Origin: an uncultured Gemmatimonadota bacterium
GTDB taxonomy: Bacteria > GCA-2686955
Assembly (NCBI GenBank): GCA_964490075.1
Contig: CAZBBK010000004.1
Coordinates: forward strand, 1 to 64,000
Direction of reading: 5' to 3'
Length of the DNA stretch: 64,000 bases
Part shown: piece after piece, positions 30,009 to 40,252 of the stretch
How the letters are laid out: each line of letters starts with the position of its first letter
Position numbering within the stretch: position 1 is the stretch's first letter
The notes under the pieces: generated by a model
Database searches by the model: none
What the model saw: the letters and a program-made list of their open reading frames with translations, nothing else
What the model was told of the DNA's origin: nothing
Made by a program: the position numbers and the translations under genes

Positions 30009-33000
30009 ATGATCTCTTCTTTGTTCGGTGACCGCTTTCGCGGACTGTCTCTGATCGGAAGCGGAGCGACCGCGGATGTCTACCGGGTCGAAGACCTGCA
30101 GCACGACGGCCGGGCCTTCGCCCTGAAGCACTTGGTGCGGAACCCGCGGGGCGACCGGGCTCGGGCTCCCGAGTTCCGACTGCTGGCCACTCTGAACCAC
30201 CCGAATCTGGCTCGCGTTTGCGATTTCGGGCGCGCATCCGACGGCCACGCCTGGTTCACCATGGACCTCGTCCAGGGCCGGCCGATCGACCAGGTGGCTC
30301 GCGACCTGCCGCTCGCCGGCCTGCTGCGCCTCTTCGTCGGCGCGCTGCGAGCGCTGCGACACATCCACGCCCGCGGCTTCGTCCATTTCGACGTCAAGCC
30401 TTCCAACCTGCTGGTCGAGGAGCACCGCGACCGCGAGCCGCGCGTGAAGGTCGTCGACCTGGGTCTGGCCGGCCCGATCGGCGCTGGCCGAACCAGCCAT
30501 GCACGCGGCAGCGTCGGTTACGTGGCGCCCGAGCTGATTCGCGGCGGCGTGGCCGACGAGCGCGCCGATCTCTACTCGCTCGGGGCGGTGCTCTACGAGG
30601 CGATCGTCGGCCGACCTCCTTTCGCAGGGCCCGGGCCCGCCGCCGTGCTGCGCGCGCACCTGGAGACGCGCCCGGCTTTTCCGGACACCGCCGAAGACCT
30701 CCCGGGCCCCCTTCGAGACCTCGTGCTGCGGATGCTCTCCAAGGATCCAAGGATGCGTCCCTCGGGCGCACTCGCGGCCTTGATCGAGATCGCCGGCATC
30801 GGCGAGCGCGACGCCGAGGCCGAGACCGATCCCTCGCTCCATCTGCATGAGCCGGTCTACCTCTGGCGCGACGAGCCGCGCCATGAGATCGGAGCGCGCC
30901 TGGGGGCGATCGCGGAGCGCGAGGCCGCGGGCCCGATCCTGGTGACCGGAACGCCGGGAGTGGGCAAGTCGAGCTTACTGAGGGAGATCGCCTCGGACGC
31001 GAGCCTGATGGGGCTGAGGGTCTTCCTCGCGACGGCACGATCGGGCGATCTGTCTCCTCATGGGCTCTTCGTCGCTGCTTTTCGCGACCGCAGGTCCACA
31101 GCCTTCGGACCGCTGTCCGGGGAAGGCTCCGTGGGTCCCGAGGTAGAGCAGGAGATGGCGCGGATCGCCGACCACGAACGCTACGGATCGAAGGCGCCCA
31201 GGCAGCTTCACGAGCGCCTCGCACGCTTCCTGCGTCGGATCGCGGAGCAGGCTCCCACGGCCCTCGTCCTGCAGAACCTCGACCGGGCCGACGCCGAGAC
31301 CATCGACCTGGTGGCCCACCTGATCGAGGCCACCGCCGAGAGCGCGATCGTCCTGGTGGCATCGGTCAACTCGCCGGACGACGCTCCCGCGCTCTGGTCG
31401 TCGGCCGCCGGCCGCAAAGGCCCCGCGGGCTTCCTGCACATCCCGCTCCGGCCTTTCGATCGCACCGAGACTCTGGCCTTTCTGGGCGAGATGATCGCCG
31501 TGGAGCCCGAGCAGGTCCCGGCGCGCTTCGCCGACTCGCTGCTGGAAGCCACCGACGGCCTGCCGCTCTTCGTTCGCGAGTCGGTCCGCAACGCGGCCGC
31601 CGAGATGTCCGGCCCCTGGCCGGAGGGACTCTTCCGCAGCAACGTGGCCAGACTCCCCGCGTCGCTGGAAGCCGTGGTTCTGGCCAGGCTCGGGCGCATT
31701 CCGCCGCGGACCCGCAAGCTGCTCCGATTCATGAGCGTGCTGAACGCTCCCCTGAGCGCAGCGGAGATCGGCGCCGCCACCGACTCCGACCAGTCGGCCG
31801 AGGACCTGGTGCTGCTGGCAGCGGCGGGACTGGTTCGCCAGACCGGCGAGGGCCTCGCCATCCGCAGTGGCGCCATACGCAGCACCCTCTACCGGCGCAC
31901 CCGGCCGAGTGAAAGGCGCCAGTTCCACGCCCGCGTCGCACGGATCCTGGAGCCGGCCCTCGATTCCGACGGGCCGATCGGCGATCTCGCGCACCACGCA
32001 CTGCGCGGCGGCATGCTTGATCTGGCGGTGCGCGCCAGTCTGCGCGCCGCGGAGCAATCGCTCCAGGCCCATGCCCCTGGACGCGCCGCCGAGCAGATCG
32101 AAGCGGTCTGGGCCGAGCTCGACGAAGAGCGCCCCGCCGAGCGCCGCCGCGCCCTCGCCCTGCTCGCCGAAGCACGAATCGCGCGCGACGAGTATCAGGA
32201 GGCGACGACCGTGCTGGAGAGCCTGGTGCGCGAGTCGCGACGAATCCAGGACCGCGAAGGGGAGAGCAAGGCGCTCTGGTCGCTCAGCCAGCTGGCGCGC
32301 TGGCAGGGCGGCGCCGACGAGGCACTGCGGCTGATCGGCGAAGCGGAGCGCGCCGCGACGCACGGAGCCACCTTGACGCGCCGCGGCGCGATCGCCAGCG
32401 AGCGAGCCGAGATCGAGAAGTCGCAAGGTCGCTTCGATGAAGCCGCGACCCACCTGGAGGATTCGGCGGAGCTCTTTCGAGAGGCCGAGGACTGGCGTGG
32501 GTTGGCGCGCACCTGGCTGATTCGGGGCGACCTGGCCTTCATGCAGCACGATTCGGCGCGCGCGCGCGACCACTATCAGCGCGCCCTGTCGATCTCCGAT
32601 TCCGTCTGCCTGGCTCTGCAGGCGAGCGCCTGGAACCGGCTCGGCATGGCGCGCGCCGAGCTCAGCGGAGGTGCCGAGGCATTGCAGGCCTTCGCGCGCG
32701 CACTGGAGCTCTTCCAGCAGATCGGCGACCGCGAGGGAGAGGCATCGGCGCTCAACAACTGGGGCCTGGCGGAGCGCAACGGCGGTCACGTCGAGCGCGC
32801 GATCGAGCTGCTCGAGCGGGCTCTCGCGGCCTACCAGGCCGCCGGAGCCACACCCCCCATCGCCTGGGTGCTGCGGAACATCGCGGCCTACCGCCTGGAG
32901 CAGGGCAACGCCTTCGAGGCCCTGGAGCTATTGGAGCGCAGTCGGGCTCTGCCCCTGCCGGAGCGCTGGCAAGCGATCAGTCTGCGCGCCGACGCCCACC

Positions 33001-33665
33001 TCAGGCTGATGCGCCTCGACGACGCGGCGCGAGCATTCGAAGCCGCCATCGCCCTCGATCCCGACGACGAGGGTCGGACCCTGCACGGGAAGATCGGCCT
33101 GGCATTGGTCCGAGCCTCGCGCGCCGGCGGCGACCCATCGGCCGAATCCCGGGGAGTCGAGCGCCGGCTGGCGCACCTGAGCGACGACGTCGACGAGCGC
33201 CTGGCGGGGTTGATTCTGGCCTACGCGCTGGAGGTCCACGAGATCGCGGGCGACCGGGCGCGAATCCGGCGCGCCGCCCTGCGCTTGTGCCGAATCGAGG
33301 AAGCCGAGCACTCGATCAACAACCTGATCGCGTCGCGCTGGCGCTGCTGGCTGACTCTCGACGCAGGAGACGTCGACACCGCCCTGAGACAGACCAGAGA
33401 GGTGATTCGGCGCGCCCAGCGACTAGGATTCAAAGAGGAGAATCGGGACGCCAGACGGATCTACGCCCGCGCTCTGCTACGATCCAACAGGCCTCGCAAG
33501 GCCGCGGCGGTGCTCTACGCCGCCATGGAATCGCTGAAGCAGGATTGGCAGGCGTTGGGGACCCAGTCCGGAAAGGGCTTTTTGACGGCGCCCCGCAGGA
33601 GGGCGCTGCGGCGAGAGCTCAAAACGGCGCTATCCGCGGTGCGCGGTGAAGCCAAAGTCAGCTAA
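30009..33665 (+). CDS. Ser/Thr protein kinase - AAA ATPase - TPR multidomain protein
   Basis: IGSGATADVY, ALK, HFDVKPSN, VDLG, GYVAPE, Walker A GTPGVGKS and C-terminal TPRs. Confidence 0.92.
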   Translation: MISSLFGDRFRGLSLIGSGATADVYRVEDLQHDGRAFALKHLVRNPRGDRARAPEFRLLATLNHPNLARVCDFGRASDGHAWFTMDLVQGRPIDQVARDLPLAGLLRLFVGALRALRHIHARGFVHFDVKPSNLLVEEHRDREPRVKVVDLGLAGPIGAGRTSHARGSVGYVAPELIRGGVADERADLYSLGAVLYEAIVGRPPFAGPGPAAVLRAHLETRPAFPDTAEDLPGPLRDLVLRMLSKDPRMRPSGALAALIEIAGIGERDAEAETDPSLHLHEPVYLWRDEPRHEIGARLGAIAEREAAGPILVTGTPGVGKSSLLREIASDASLMGLRVFLATARSGDLSPHGLFVAAFRDRRSTAFGPLSGEGSVGPEVEQEMARIADHERYGSKAPRQLHERLARFLRRIAEQAPTALVLQNLDRADAETIDLVAHLIEATAESAIVLVASVNSPDDAPALWSSAAGRKGPAGFLHIPLRPFDRTETLAFLGEMIAVEPEQVPARFADSLLEATDGLPLFVRESVRNAAAEMSGPWPEGLFRSNVARLPASLEAVVLARLGRIPPRTRKLLRFMSVLNAPLSAAEIGAATDSDQSAEDLVLLAAAGLVRQTGEGLAIRSGAIRSTLYRRTRPSERRQFHARVARILEPALDSDGPIGDLAHHALRGGMLDLAVRASLRAAEQSLQAHAPGRAAEQIEAVWAELDEERPAERRRALALLAEARIARDEYQEATTVLESLVRESRRIQDREGESKALWSLSQLARWQGGADEALRLIGEAERAATHGATLTRRGAIASERAEIEKSQGRFDEAATHLEDSAELFREAEDWRGLARTWLIRGDLAFMQHDSARARDHYQRALSISDSVCLALQASAWNRLGMARAELSGGAEALQAFARALELFQQIGDREGEASALNNWGLAERNGGHVERAIELLERALAAYQAAGATPPIAWVLRNIAAYRLEQGNAFEALELLERSRALPLPERWQAISLRADAHLRLMRLDDAARAFEAAIALDPDDEGRTLHGKIGLALVRASRAGGDPSAESRGVERRLAHLSDDVDERLAGLILAYALEVHEIAGDRARIRRAALRLCRIEEAEHSINNLIASRWRCWLTLDAGDVDTALRQTREVIRRAQRLGFKEENRDARRIYARALLRSNRPRKAAAVLYAAMESLKQDWQALGTQSGKGFLTAPRRRALRRELKTALSAVRGEAKVS

Positions 33666-33689
33666 GGGTCGCCGACCCTGGACGATCCG

Positions 33690-35804
33690 ATGTCCCAAGA
33701 ACCAGACACTCACTTCTTCGACGACCTAGACGAAGTCGACGCGCTGATCGGCGAAGGCCGGCGGGCGCGAGTTCTCGACCGACTCCTGGGCATCTTGCGC
33801 AAGATGGTGTCGACGCGCGACTTCGACGCGCTCTTGACGTACGTCATGGACCAGGTCATCGAGCTGACCGGGGCCGAGCGCGGCTTTCTGATGCTGCCCG
33901 ATCCCCAGGGTGCCCTCAAGGTCCGCGTCGCCCACAATCTGCTGCGCCAGGATATCGAGAAGCCCGAGTTTCAGATCAGCCACACGGTGATCGACAACGT
34001 GCTGAAGCAGCAGCGGCTGGTGCGCATCGACGACGCCACGTCCGATCGCGAGCTCGGCAACGCGCCCAGCGTCGTCGAGCTGCACCTGCGCTCGATCATG
34101 GTCGCGCCCCTTCGAAGCCCCGAAGGCGGCGTTCATGGTGTGGTCTACGTCGACCACCGAAGCGCGGCGGAGCGATTCGCTCCGGAGCACGAGGAGGTGC
34201 TGGAGCTATTCACCGAGCAGGCCGCATCGGTCATCGAAAACGCCCGCCTGAGCGACGAATTGCGCCGCCGGGAGAAGGAGATCCGGGCCCTCAACAGCCA
34301 ACTCGAAGAGCTGGTGACCGAGCGCACCGAAGAGCTGCGCCGCACCCAGGAGCTTCACAGCCAGGTGGTCGAGCAGACCTCGGTATCGGTCAACACCTTC
34401 GAGCTGGACGGAAGGGTGTCGACCTGGAATGCGGCATCGGAGCAGCTTTTCGGCGTGTCTGCCGCCGAAGCGATCGGCAAGAAAGAGATCTGGAGCTCGT
34501 TGCGCCCGGTCGGAACCGATGCGGGGCCCGAGAGCTTCGTCTCGCGCACTGTCGCCGAGGGCAGCGTCAAGGGGGAGTACGCGGTGGCGCGGCCCGACGG
34601 CAGCACCAAACGGTTGCTGATGGAGTCGAACCTCCTGCACGCGCCCGGAGGCGAACCCGCGGGCGTGGTCGCCGTCGCGATCGACGTCACCGAGCTCAGG
34701 CGTGTCGAGCGGATGCTGGTCCGGCGCAACGATCTGACCGATCTGGGCATGGTCGCCGCCGGCGTCGCGCACGACTTCAACAACCTCCTGGCGGTGATTC
34801 TGGGCAGGGCTCAGGTCGCGCAGGTGGCCTCGCGCGAGCCCGGCATCCAGGGCGACCTGGGCATCATCGAGAAGGCCGCGAAGGACGGCACCGAGGCGGT
34901 CGACCGAATTCGATCCTTCATCGAGCGACGCACCGATCCGATTCAAACCTCGTTGGTGGTCGCCGACCTGATCGCCGATGTGGTGGCGATGACCCGCACC
35001 CGCTGGAAGATCGATGCGGCCGCCGCGGGGCGGACCTATAACGTCATCACATCCGTCGAACCGGAGGTGCCGGAGATCCGCGGCAACATCTCCCAGCTGC
35101 GGCAGGCCCTCATCAACCTGGTGCTGAACGCACTCGATGCGATGCCCGCGGGCGGCGACCTCGAGATCGACGCCCGGGTCAGTGCCGCAACGGTTCAGAT
35201 CGACGTTCGAGACAGCGGAACCGGCATCCCGCCCGATGCCCTGGAGCACATCTTCGAGCCTTTCTTCTCTACCAAGGGTGAGCAGGGGACTGGTCTCGGA
35301 CTGTCGACCTCATCGGGGATCATCCGTGGTCACGGCGGCACGCTGGAGGTCGAGTCGGAGATGGGCCGGGGCACGGTGTTTCGAATCGTGCTGCCGGCGC
35401 TGGCGCGACCGGAGGGCGAAGCGCCCGCGCCTGTCGAAAGCGCGCGGCGACTGGGCGCGCTGGTGATTGACGACGACCCGGCCATGCGTGCGGTCCTGGT
35501 TCGAATGCTGCAGCTTCACGGCTGCGAGGTCGCGCAGGTCGATTCGGGCAAAGATGCCCTCGCGCACTTCGAGCCCGGCGCCCACCGGGTGGTCTTCGTC
35601 GCTCTCGAGCGCACCGGCAAATCCACCTCGGCGCTGGTGGCCGAGGTCAAGAGCCGCAGCCCCGACACTGTGGTCGTGCTGACGGCCGGTTGGTCTCGTG
35701 AGGAGCCGCGGGAGCTTCCCGAGCACGCCGATCTGTTGCTCACCAAGCCCTTCAAGATCCCCGATGTGCGGGTGCTCCTGGAGCGGATCGAGGAAAGCGC
35801 TTGA
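33690..35804 (+). CDS. Hybrid sensor histidine kinase (GAF-PAS-HisKA-HATPase-receiver-like)
   Basis: GAERGFLML GAF, a PAS domain, AHDFNNLL, NLVLNALDAM, DSGTGI, GTGLGL and a receiver-like tail. Confidence 0.93.
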   Translation: MSQEPDTHFFDDLDEVDALIGEGRRARVLDRLLGILRKMVSTRDFDALLTYVMDQVIELTGAERGFLMLPDPQGALKVRVAHNLLRQDIEKPEFQISHTVIDNVLKQQRLVRIDDATSDRELGNAPSVVELHLRSIMVAPLRSPEGGVHGVVYVDHRSAAERFAPEHEEVLELFTEQAASVIENARLSDELRRREKEIRALNSQLEELVTERTEELRRTQELHSQVVEQTSVSVNTFELDGRVSTWNAASEQLFGVSAAEAIGKKEIWSSLRPVGTDAGPESFVSRTVAEGSVKGEYAVARPDGSTKRLLMESNLLHAPGGEPAGVVAVAIDVTELRRVERMLVRRNDLTDLGMVAAGVAHDFNNLLAVILGRAQVAQVASREPGIQGDLGIIEKAAKDGTEAVDRIRSFIERRTDPIQTSLVVADLIADVVAMTRTRWKIDAAAAGRTYNVITSVEPEVPEIRGNISQLRQALINLVLNALDAMPAGGDLEIDARVSAATVQIDVRDSGTGIPPDALEHIFEPFFSTKGEQGTGLGLSTSSGIIRGHGGTLEVESEMGRGTVFRIVLPALARPEGEAPAPVESARRLGALVIDDDPAMRAVLVRMLQLHGCEVAQVDSGKDALAHFEPGAHRVVFVALERTGKSTSALVAEVKSRSPDTVVVLTAGWSREEPRELPEHADLLLTKPFKIPDVRVLLERIEESA

Positions 35805-35819
35805 TCGAGGCTCGCGCCA

Positions 35820-38297
35820 TCAATCCAACACCTCGACCTCGTCGCGGCTCACCGTCCGCAGGATCCCACCCAGCTGCTCCATCATCCCGGCCTCGCCTCG
35901 GTACACGTCCTTGAGCTGCTTCAGCAGGTCCTTCGCTCGCCGGAAGGCACTCACCAAATCGCCGCTCACATCCGACGCGCTGTCCACCAGCAGCATGATT
36001 TCCAACAGACTTCGGCCCTCCACCCACAGATGCCCCAGGCAGAGCAGCTCTGGCGAGAAGCTGGTGCGCACCCCATTCAGGCGTTCCGCCTCGACGACCA
36101 CGTACGAACGTCTGATCTTGAGCACTCTGCGAGTCAGCGATCGCAGCTCCCCCGGGACCCTCGCCCGTAGGGTCGCCCGGCGAGGAAAATCCGAGCAGAC
36201 CGCGGCCAGCAGGCCGAAGAGCGCCGCGTCGTCGAGCCCTTCGAAGAGGTTCGCCAACAACATTTCGGTAACGAATATCTCCTCGATATGGATGTGCTTC
36301 AGGATCTCGCCACCCGCCAGCAGCTGATTGTCCTGTCCGAGATACCCCACCTCTTGGAGAAAGTGTACCTTCTCGAAGAGCCCTTGATAGAGTCTACGTC
36401 GCTCCCGTCGCAAGCGCCTGTCGAGGGTCCCGAGACGCTTCTCCAGCTTCGCTGAGCGTCCAGCCCGGGAGTCGGATGGGTGGCCGCCGTGAAGATGCCG
36501 CTGATGAGCGGATCGGATGTTGCTCAGCTCCAACAGGTCACTCTTGATGGCTCGGCGCAACTTGCGGACCCGGGCCGCTCGGTGGCGGGGTGTTTCGTTG
36601 AGCTCCTCCGCCACCAGCCTCAGCAGCGCATCGGGATCCTCGATCGAGTCGACCACCGCCTGCCATCTCGGCGACGTTCCCAGCCACTCCCTGCGCCCAT
36701 GGATGTGCTCGGATATTCGTTGGAAGACCTTGCGTTCCTGCCGCTTGAGCTCTTGAGTATCGTCCAGATAGCCATCGGCGTCTTCGCCGCTGTCGAGCGC
36801 TGCGTCTCGAACAGCCGAATCGTCGGTGCGCGCCCCGTTGACCGCGGATAGCTGTTCTTTGACGCCGTCGATCTTGCGGGCAATCTCATCGAGCGCCTTG
36901 CGGTGATGGAAGTTGCGATACGACTTGTTGACGATATCCTGGATCTCCATCATCTCGTAGGCGTCGAGCAGATTGACGATGGAGTTGAACGACAGGTTGA
37001 ATGCGGAATGAACGGACTCGTACCTGCCCTTCGCATAGCGGTCGAAAGAGCGTGTATTCTGATCGAAGTCGGCGAATTCCTGACTGACGATGACGTGGCC
37101 GACCTCGTCCATTCCGCGGCGCCCGGATCGCCCCGCCTTCTGCATGAACTGCTGAACGGTCAGTGGCTGCATGCGTTGACCGTTGAACTTCTGTATGCCG
37201 TCGAAGACCACGGTCTTGACCGGCATGTTGATGCCCAGGGCGAAGGTCGAAGTGCAGTACAAGACCTTGATGAGCTGCTCTTCGTAGAGCTCCTCGACCA
37301 GCGCCTTCAACATCACATTCAGACCGGCATGGTGATAGGCGACGCCGTTCAGATACAGCTCGCGGTCGCGCATCAGCTCGGCGGGCCACTCGGAGCAGCG
37401 CTCTTCCAGCACCTGGTCGGCACGCCGGCGCTCCTCCTCAGATAGCAGCGACTCTCGCAAGCCGTCGGAGAGCTGGCGGGCAAAGGTCTCGGTCAGGCGT
37501 CGGAAGAAGACGAAGTAGAGGCAGGGAAGAAGATCAGGAGTGATGGCCGCAACGATCTGATCGTGGCGTGTGCGGTCTTGATGCCGGCGCCCGCGGCCCC
37601 TGTCGCGCCGCGCACGGGCAGGAAGCGATGATCTGTGACGGCGAGCACGTTCCTCGAATTGACGCCGCGTGACCATGCCGGTGTTGCGATTGAAAAGGTG
37701 GATCTTCAGCGGCACGGCTCTTTTCGTTTCACGCACCACTTCGATCCGCTCTTCGCGCACGAATTCCAACCAGGCGGCAAAGTCCTCGGCGTTGGGAATG
37801 GTCGCCGAAAGACCGAGGATCCGCACCTGCTTGGGCAGGTAGATCAGGATCTCCTCCCAGACCGTTCCGCGCTCGGGATCGGCGAGGAAATGAATCTCGT
37901 CGAAGATCACATGGGAGAGGTCGAGCAGGCGCTCGCGATCCTGGAGCAGCATGTTGCGGAGGATCTCCGTCGTCATGATGCACACAGGGGCCGTGTGGTT
38001 GATGACCAGGTCCCCGGTGACCAGTCCAATCCGTTGCTGATCGCAGATCTTGGTGTAGTCGCGGTACTTCTGATTCGACAGCGCCTTGATCGGGGCGGTG
38101 TAGATCGCCCGCTTCGATTCCGCCAGGCACTTGGCGACGACGAAGTCGGCGACTACGGTCTTCCCGGTGCCGGTGGGGGCCGAGACCAGGACCGATCGTC
38201 CCTGGTCGATGGCGTCGATGGCATCCCGTTGGAAGCGATCGAGGGGAAAGCCTGGAGCGAAGGTCGTGGCGTCGTACGCCTTGGTCTTTGTTGTCAC
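35820..38297 (-). CDS. Ski2/HelY-like DEAD/DEAH-box helicase
   Basis: APTGTGKT, PIKALSNQK, DEIH, LSAT, HHAG and QKAGRSGRRG. GTG start overlaps the upstream TGA. Confidence 0.93.
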   Translation of the reverse strand: MTTKTKAYDATTFAPGFPLDRFQRDAIDAIDQGRSVLVSAPTGTGKTVVADFVVAKCLAESKRAIYTAPIKALSNQKYRDYTKICDQQRIGLVTGDLVINHTAPVCIMTTEILRNMLLQDRERLLDLSHVIFDEIHFLADPERGTVWEEILIYLPKQVRILGLSATIPNAEDFAAWLEFVREERIEVVRETKRAVPLKIHLFNRNTGMVTRRQFEERARRHRSSLPARARRDRGRGRRHQDRTRHDQIVAAITPDLLPCLYFVFFRRLTETFARQLSDGLRESLLSEEERRRADQVLEERCSEWPAELMRDRELYLNGVAYHHAGLNVMLKALVEELYEEQLIKVLYCTSTFALGINMPVKTVVFDGIQKFNGQRMQPLTVQQFMQKAGRSGRRGMDEVGHVIVSQEFADFDQNTRSFDRYAKGRYESVHSAFNLSFNSIVNLLDAYEMMEIQDIVNKSYRNFHHRKALDEIARKIDGVKEQLSAVNGARTDDSAVRDAALDSGEDADGYLDDTQELKRQERKVFQRISEHIHGRREWLGTSPRWQAVVDSIEDPDALLRLVAEELNETPRHRAARVRKLRRAIKSDLLELSNIRSAHQRHLHGGHPSDSRAGRSAKLEKRLGTLDRRLRRERRRLYQGLFEKVHFLQEVGYLGQDNQLLAGGEILKHIHIEEIFVTEMLLANLFEGLDDAALFGLLAAVCSDFPRRATLRARVPGELRSLTRRVLKIRRSYVVVEAERLNGVRTSFSPELLCLGHLWVEGRSLLEIMLLVDSASDVSGDLVSAFRRAKDLLKQLKDVYRGEAGMMEQLGGILRTVSRDEVEVLD

Positions 38298-40210
38298 TGT
38301 TGCCCGGATGTCTGGTGCGTCCTGCCGGCAAACGCGGAGAGCCGCCTGACGAGGCCGCGGGCCACGGAGCGGGGCGTTCTGCCGGTCGTGTGGGGATGAG
38401 TTCCGACCCGGACCCGCGGGATCGGAGTGCTGGCCACCTGCGACCAGGTACGCAGAAAGCGGAGCACGGCCGCTGGTACGTAGGTGGTGCCCATGGGGTG
38501 CGGATGCAGCCCCCAATCGGAATCGTAGTAGATGGCCTCGGAGTATCCCTCCAGCGAACGCTCGACCTCGATCGGCGCAAAGGCCTCGGTGGCCATCCTG
38601 CGCCACAGCGCGCTGCCGGTGTTGGCATGAAGCAGCGCGTAGGCCCTGGCGGCCAGGACCGTCTCCCAGGGAGCGATCCGGGGCTTGAAGGAGACCTGCA
38701 GTGGATCGACCGACGGAAAATCCCGCTCCCACCACCGTTGCCAGGTCGCCAGGTAGATCGCGGCACGGTCCGCCAGTTCGGGATCGGCTCCTTCGAGTCC
38801 CATCTCGTGACCGAGCAGATTGGCTTCGATCACCGGCACCGCGGAGATTCCGTCGTATTCCTCGAGCCGATTGTCGCGAAGGTAGCCACCCATGGTGATG
38901 CTCTCCGAAAGCGCGTCGGAGATCCAGACCAGTGCCCGCTCGGCGGCCGCCCGCGAGGCCGTTCCCGCCGGCCCCGAAAGAGCCGCCGAGGCACGCATCA
39001 GAGCCAGGGCCCCCTCCGCCGTGGCGCCCACCGATGCGCTCCCCCAGCCCGATTCCAGCTCCATCGATGGCAGCTCGGCCGCCATCACCCGGTAGGTCCG
39101 GCCCCAGGAGCCGTCGGCGTACTGAACCGATCGCAGCCAGGTGGCCCCCGCCATCACCAAGGGCGTCAGGCTGCTCTGATCGCGCCGGTGCGCGATCAGG
39201 CGCTCGGCGGCCGCGCCCACGATCGTCGCTTGTCCGCCGGGGTAGCCCGCCAGCCCGGTGCCCAGGTGAGTGAAGAACTGAACGGTCTTGCTGCCCCATG
39301 GCCGCTGAAACGTGTTGTGCCAGACGCGTCCGCCCCCCACATTCTCGGAGGCTCGCGGATCGGCGAAAGTCCGCACGGCCGCCGCGTCCATGCGCCGCGC
39401 CGGACGCCCCCCGGCGCGCTCGAAGGCCGGAAGATCGGCCATCAACGTGTGAAAGGTCGGCAGTCCGTAGTAGCCGGAGTTGAAGCCGCGCCCGTCCCTG
39501 CGGCGCCACTCCAGGAAGAGCCCGGTCTTGCGGTCGAAGCACTGGTAGAGGGCGCCGAGAGCCTCCCGCGCGTGTGTCTCGATGTCGATCGGGCGTTCGC
39601 GCGGCACCGCGATCTCGTTCAGGTAGCGCAGCACGAGCGCGTCGAGCGACTGAGCATCGATTCCTTGCACCTCGACGGCGGACAGCCGCGCCGGCGGAGT
39701 GAGAGGCGGTGCCGGCTCGAGGGGCTCGAGATTCCAGGCATCGTAGTCCTCGGGCTTCTTCCTCAGCACTCGCCACTCCGGCACCAGGCCCAGCTCGAGC
39801 CGCCGCCGATCTTCGCTGAGTCTCCACGCGAGCGGGAAAGGAGGCGATCGGCCCACCAGCGGCGGGAAGACCAGTCCCTGCGCCCGACCGTCCCGCTCCA
39901 TGGCCATCAAGGGCATTCCGGTGTAGAGGGCGGGGATCGCGGTCGTGCCATCCTCCAGGGGCTGAGGCTCGATGCGGAACCAGCAGAACTGCGGGAAGCG
40001 GCTCAGGGTGGTCAGCTCTTCGGGCAGGCTGTGATCGAAGCGGCCGGCGTAGAAGAGCCCGCCGACCATGATCTTGTCGGGCGGCACCGCGCACTCCAGC
40101 GCCGCCAAGGGCGTCCACGCCTGCTGGCGAAACGCCCCGCTCACTGACAGCGCGACCGGCTCGAGGCCGATCTCGCGCTGCTCTGCGTCGACCAGTTGGA
40201 AGAGAGCCAA
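38294..40210 (-). CDS. Hypothetical protein with probable alpha/alpha-barrel C-terminal half
   Basis: Long ORF with good codon pattern. QW-like motif WLRSVQYADGSW and repeated helical units. Confidence 0.65.
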   Translation of the reverse strand: MALFQLVDAEQREIGLEPVALSVSGAFRQQAWTPLAALECAVPPDKIMVGGLFYAGRFDHSLPEELTTLSRFPQFCWFRIEPQPLEDGTTAIPALYTGMPLMAMERDGRAQGLVFPPLVGRSPPFPLAWRLSEDRRRLELGLVPEWRVLRKKPEDYDAWNLEPLEPAPPLTPPARLSAVEVQGIDAQSLDALVLRYLNEIAVPRERPIDIETHAREALGALYQCFDRKTGLFLEWRRRDGRGFNSGYYGLPTFHTLMADLPAFERAGGRPARRMDAAAVRTFADPRASENVGGGRVWHNTFQRPWGSKTVQFFTHLGTGLAGYPGGQATIVGAAAERLIAHRRDQSSLTPLVMAGATWLRSVQYADGSWGRTYRVMAAELPSMELESGWGSASVGATAEGALALMRASAALSGPAGTASRAAAERALVWISDALSESITMGGYLRDNRLEEYDGISAVPVIEANLLGHEMGLEGADPELADRAAIYLATWQRWWERDFPSVDPLQVSFKPRIAPWETVLAARAYALLHANTGSALWRRMATEAFAPIEVERSLEGYSEAIYYDSDWGLHPHPMGTTYVPAAVLRFLRTWSQVASTPIPRVRVGTHPHTTGRTPRSVARGLVRRLSAFAGRTHQTSGQQ

Positions 40211-40252
40211 GAATCGAGTCCGATATGGCAGGTGTCGAATCCTGCCGCGGGA

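Noticed and set aside
35820-40118. 1432-aa helicase ORF as listed in the track
   Set aside because: The first ~600 codons are an Arg/Gly-rich alternative frame over the 38294-40210 gene. Helicase motifs begin only after GTG 38297.
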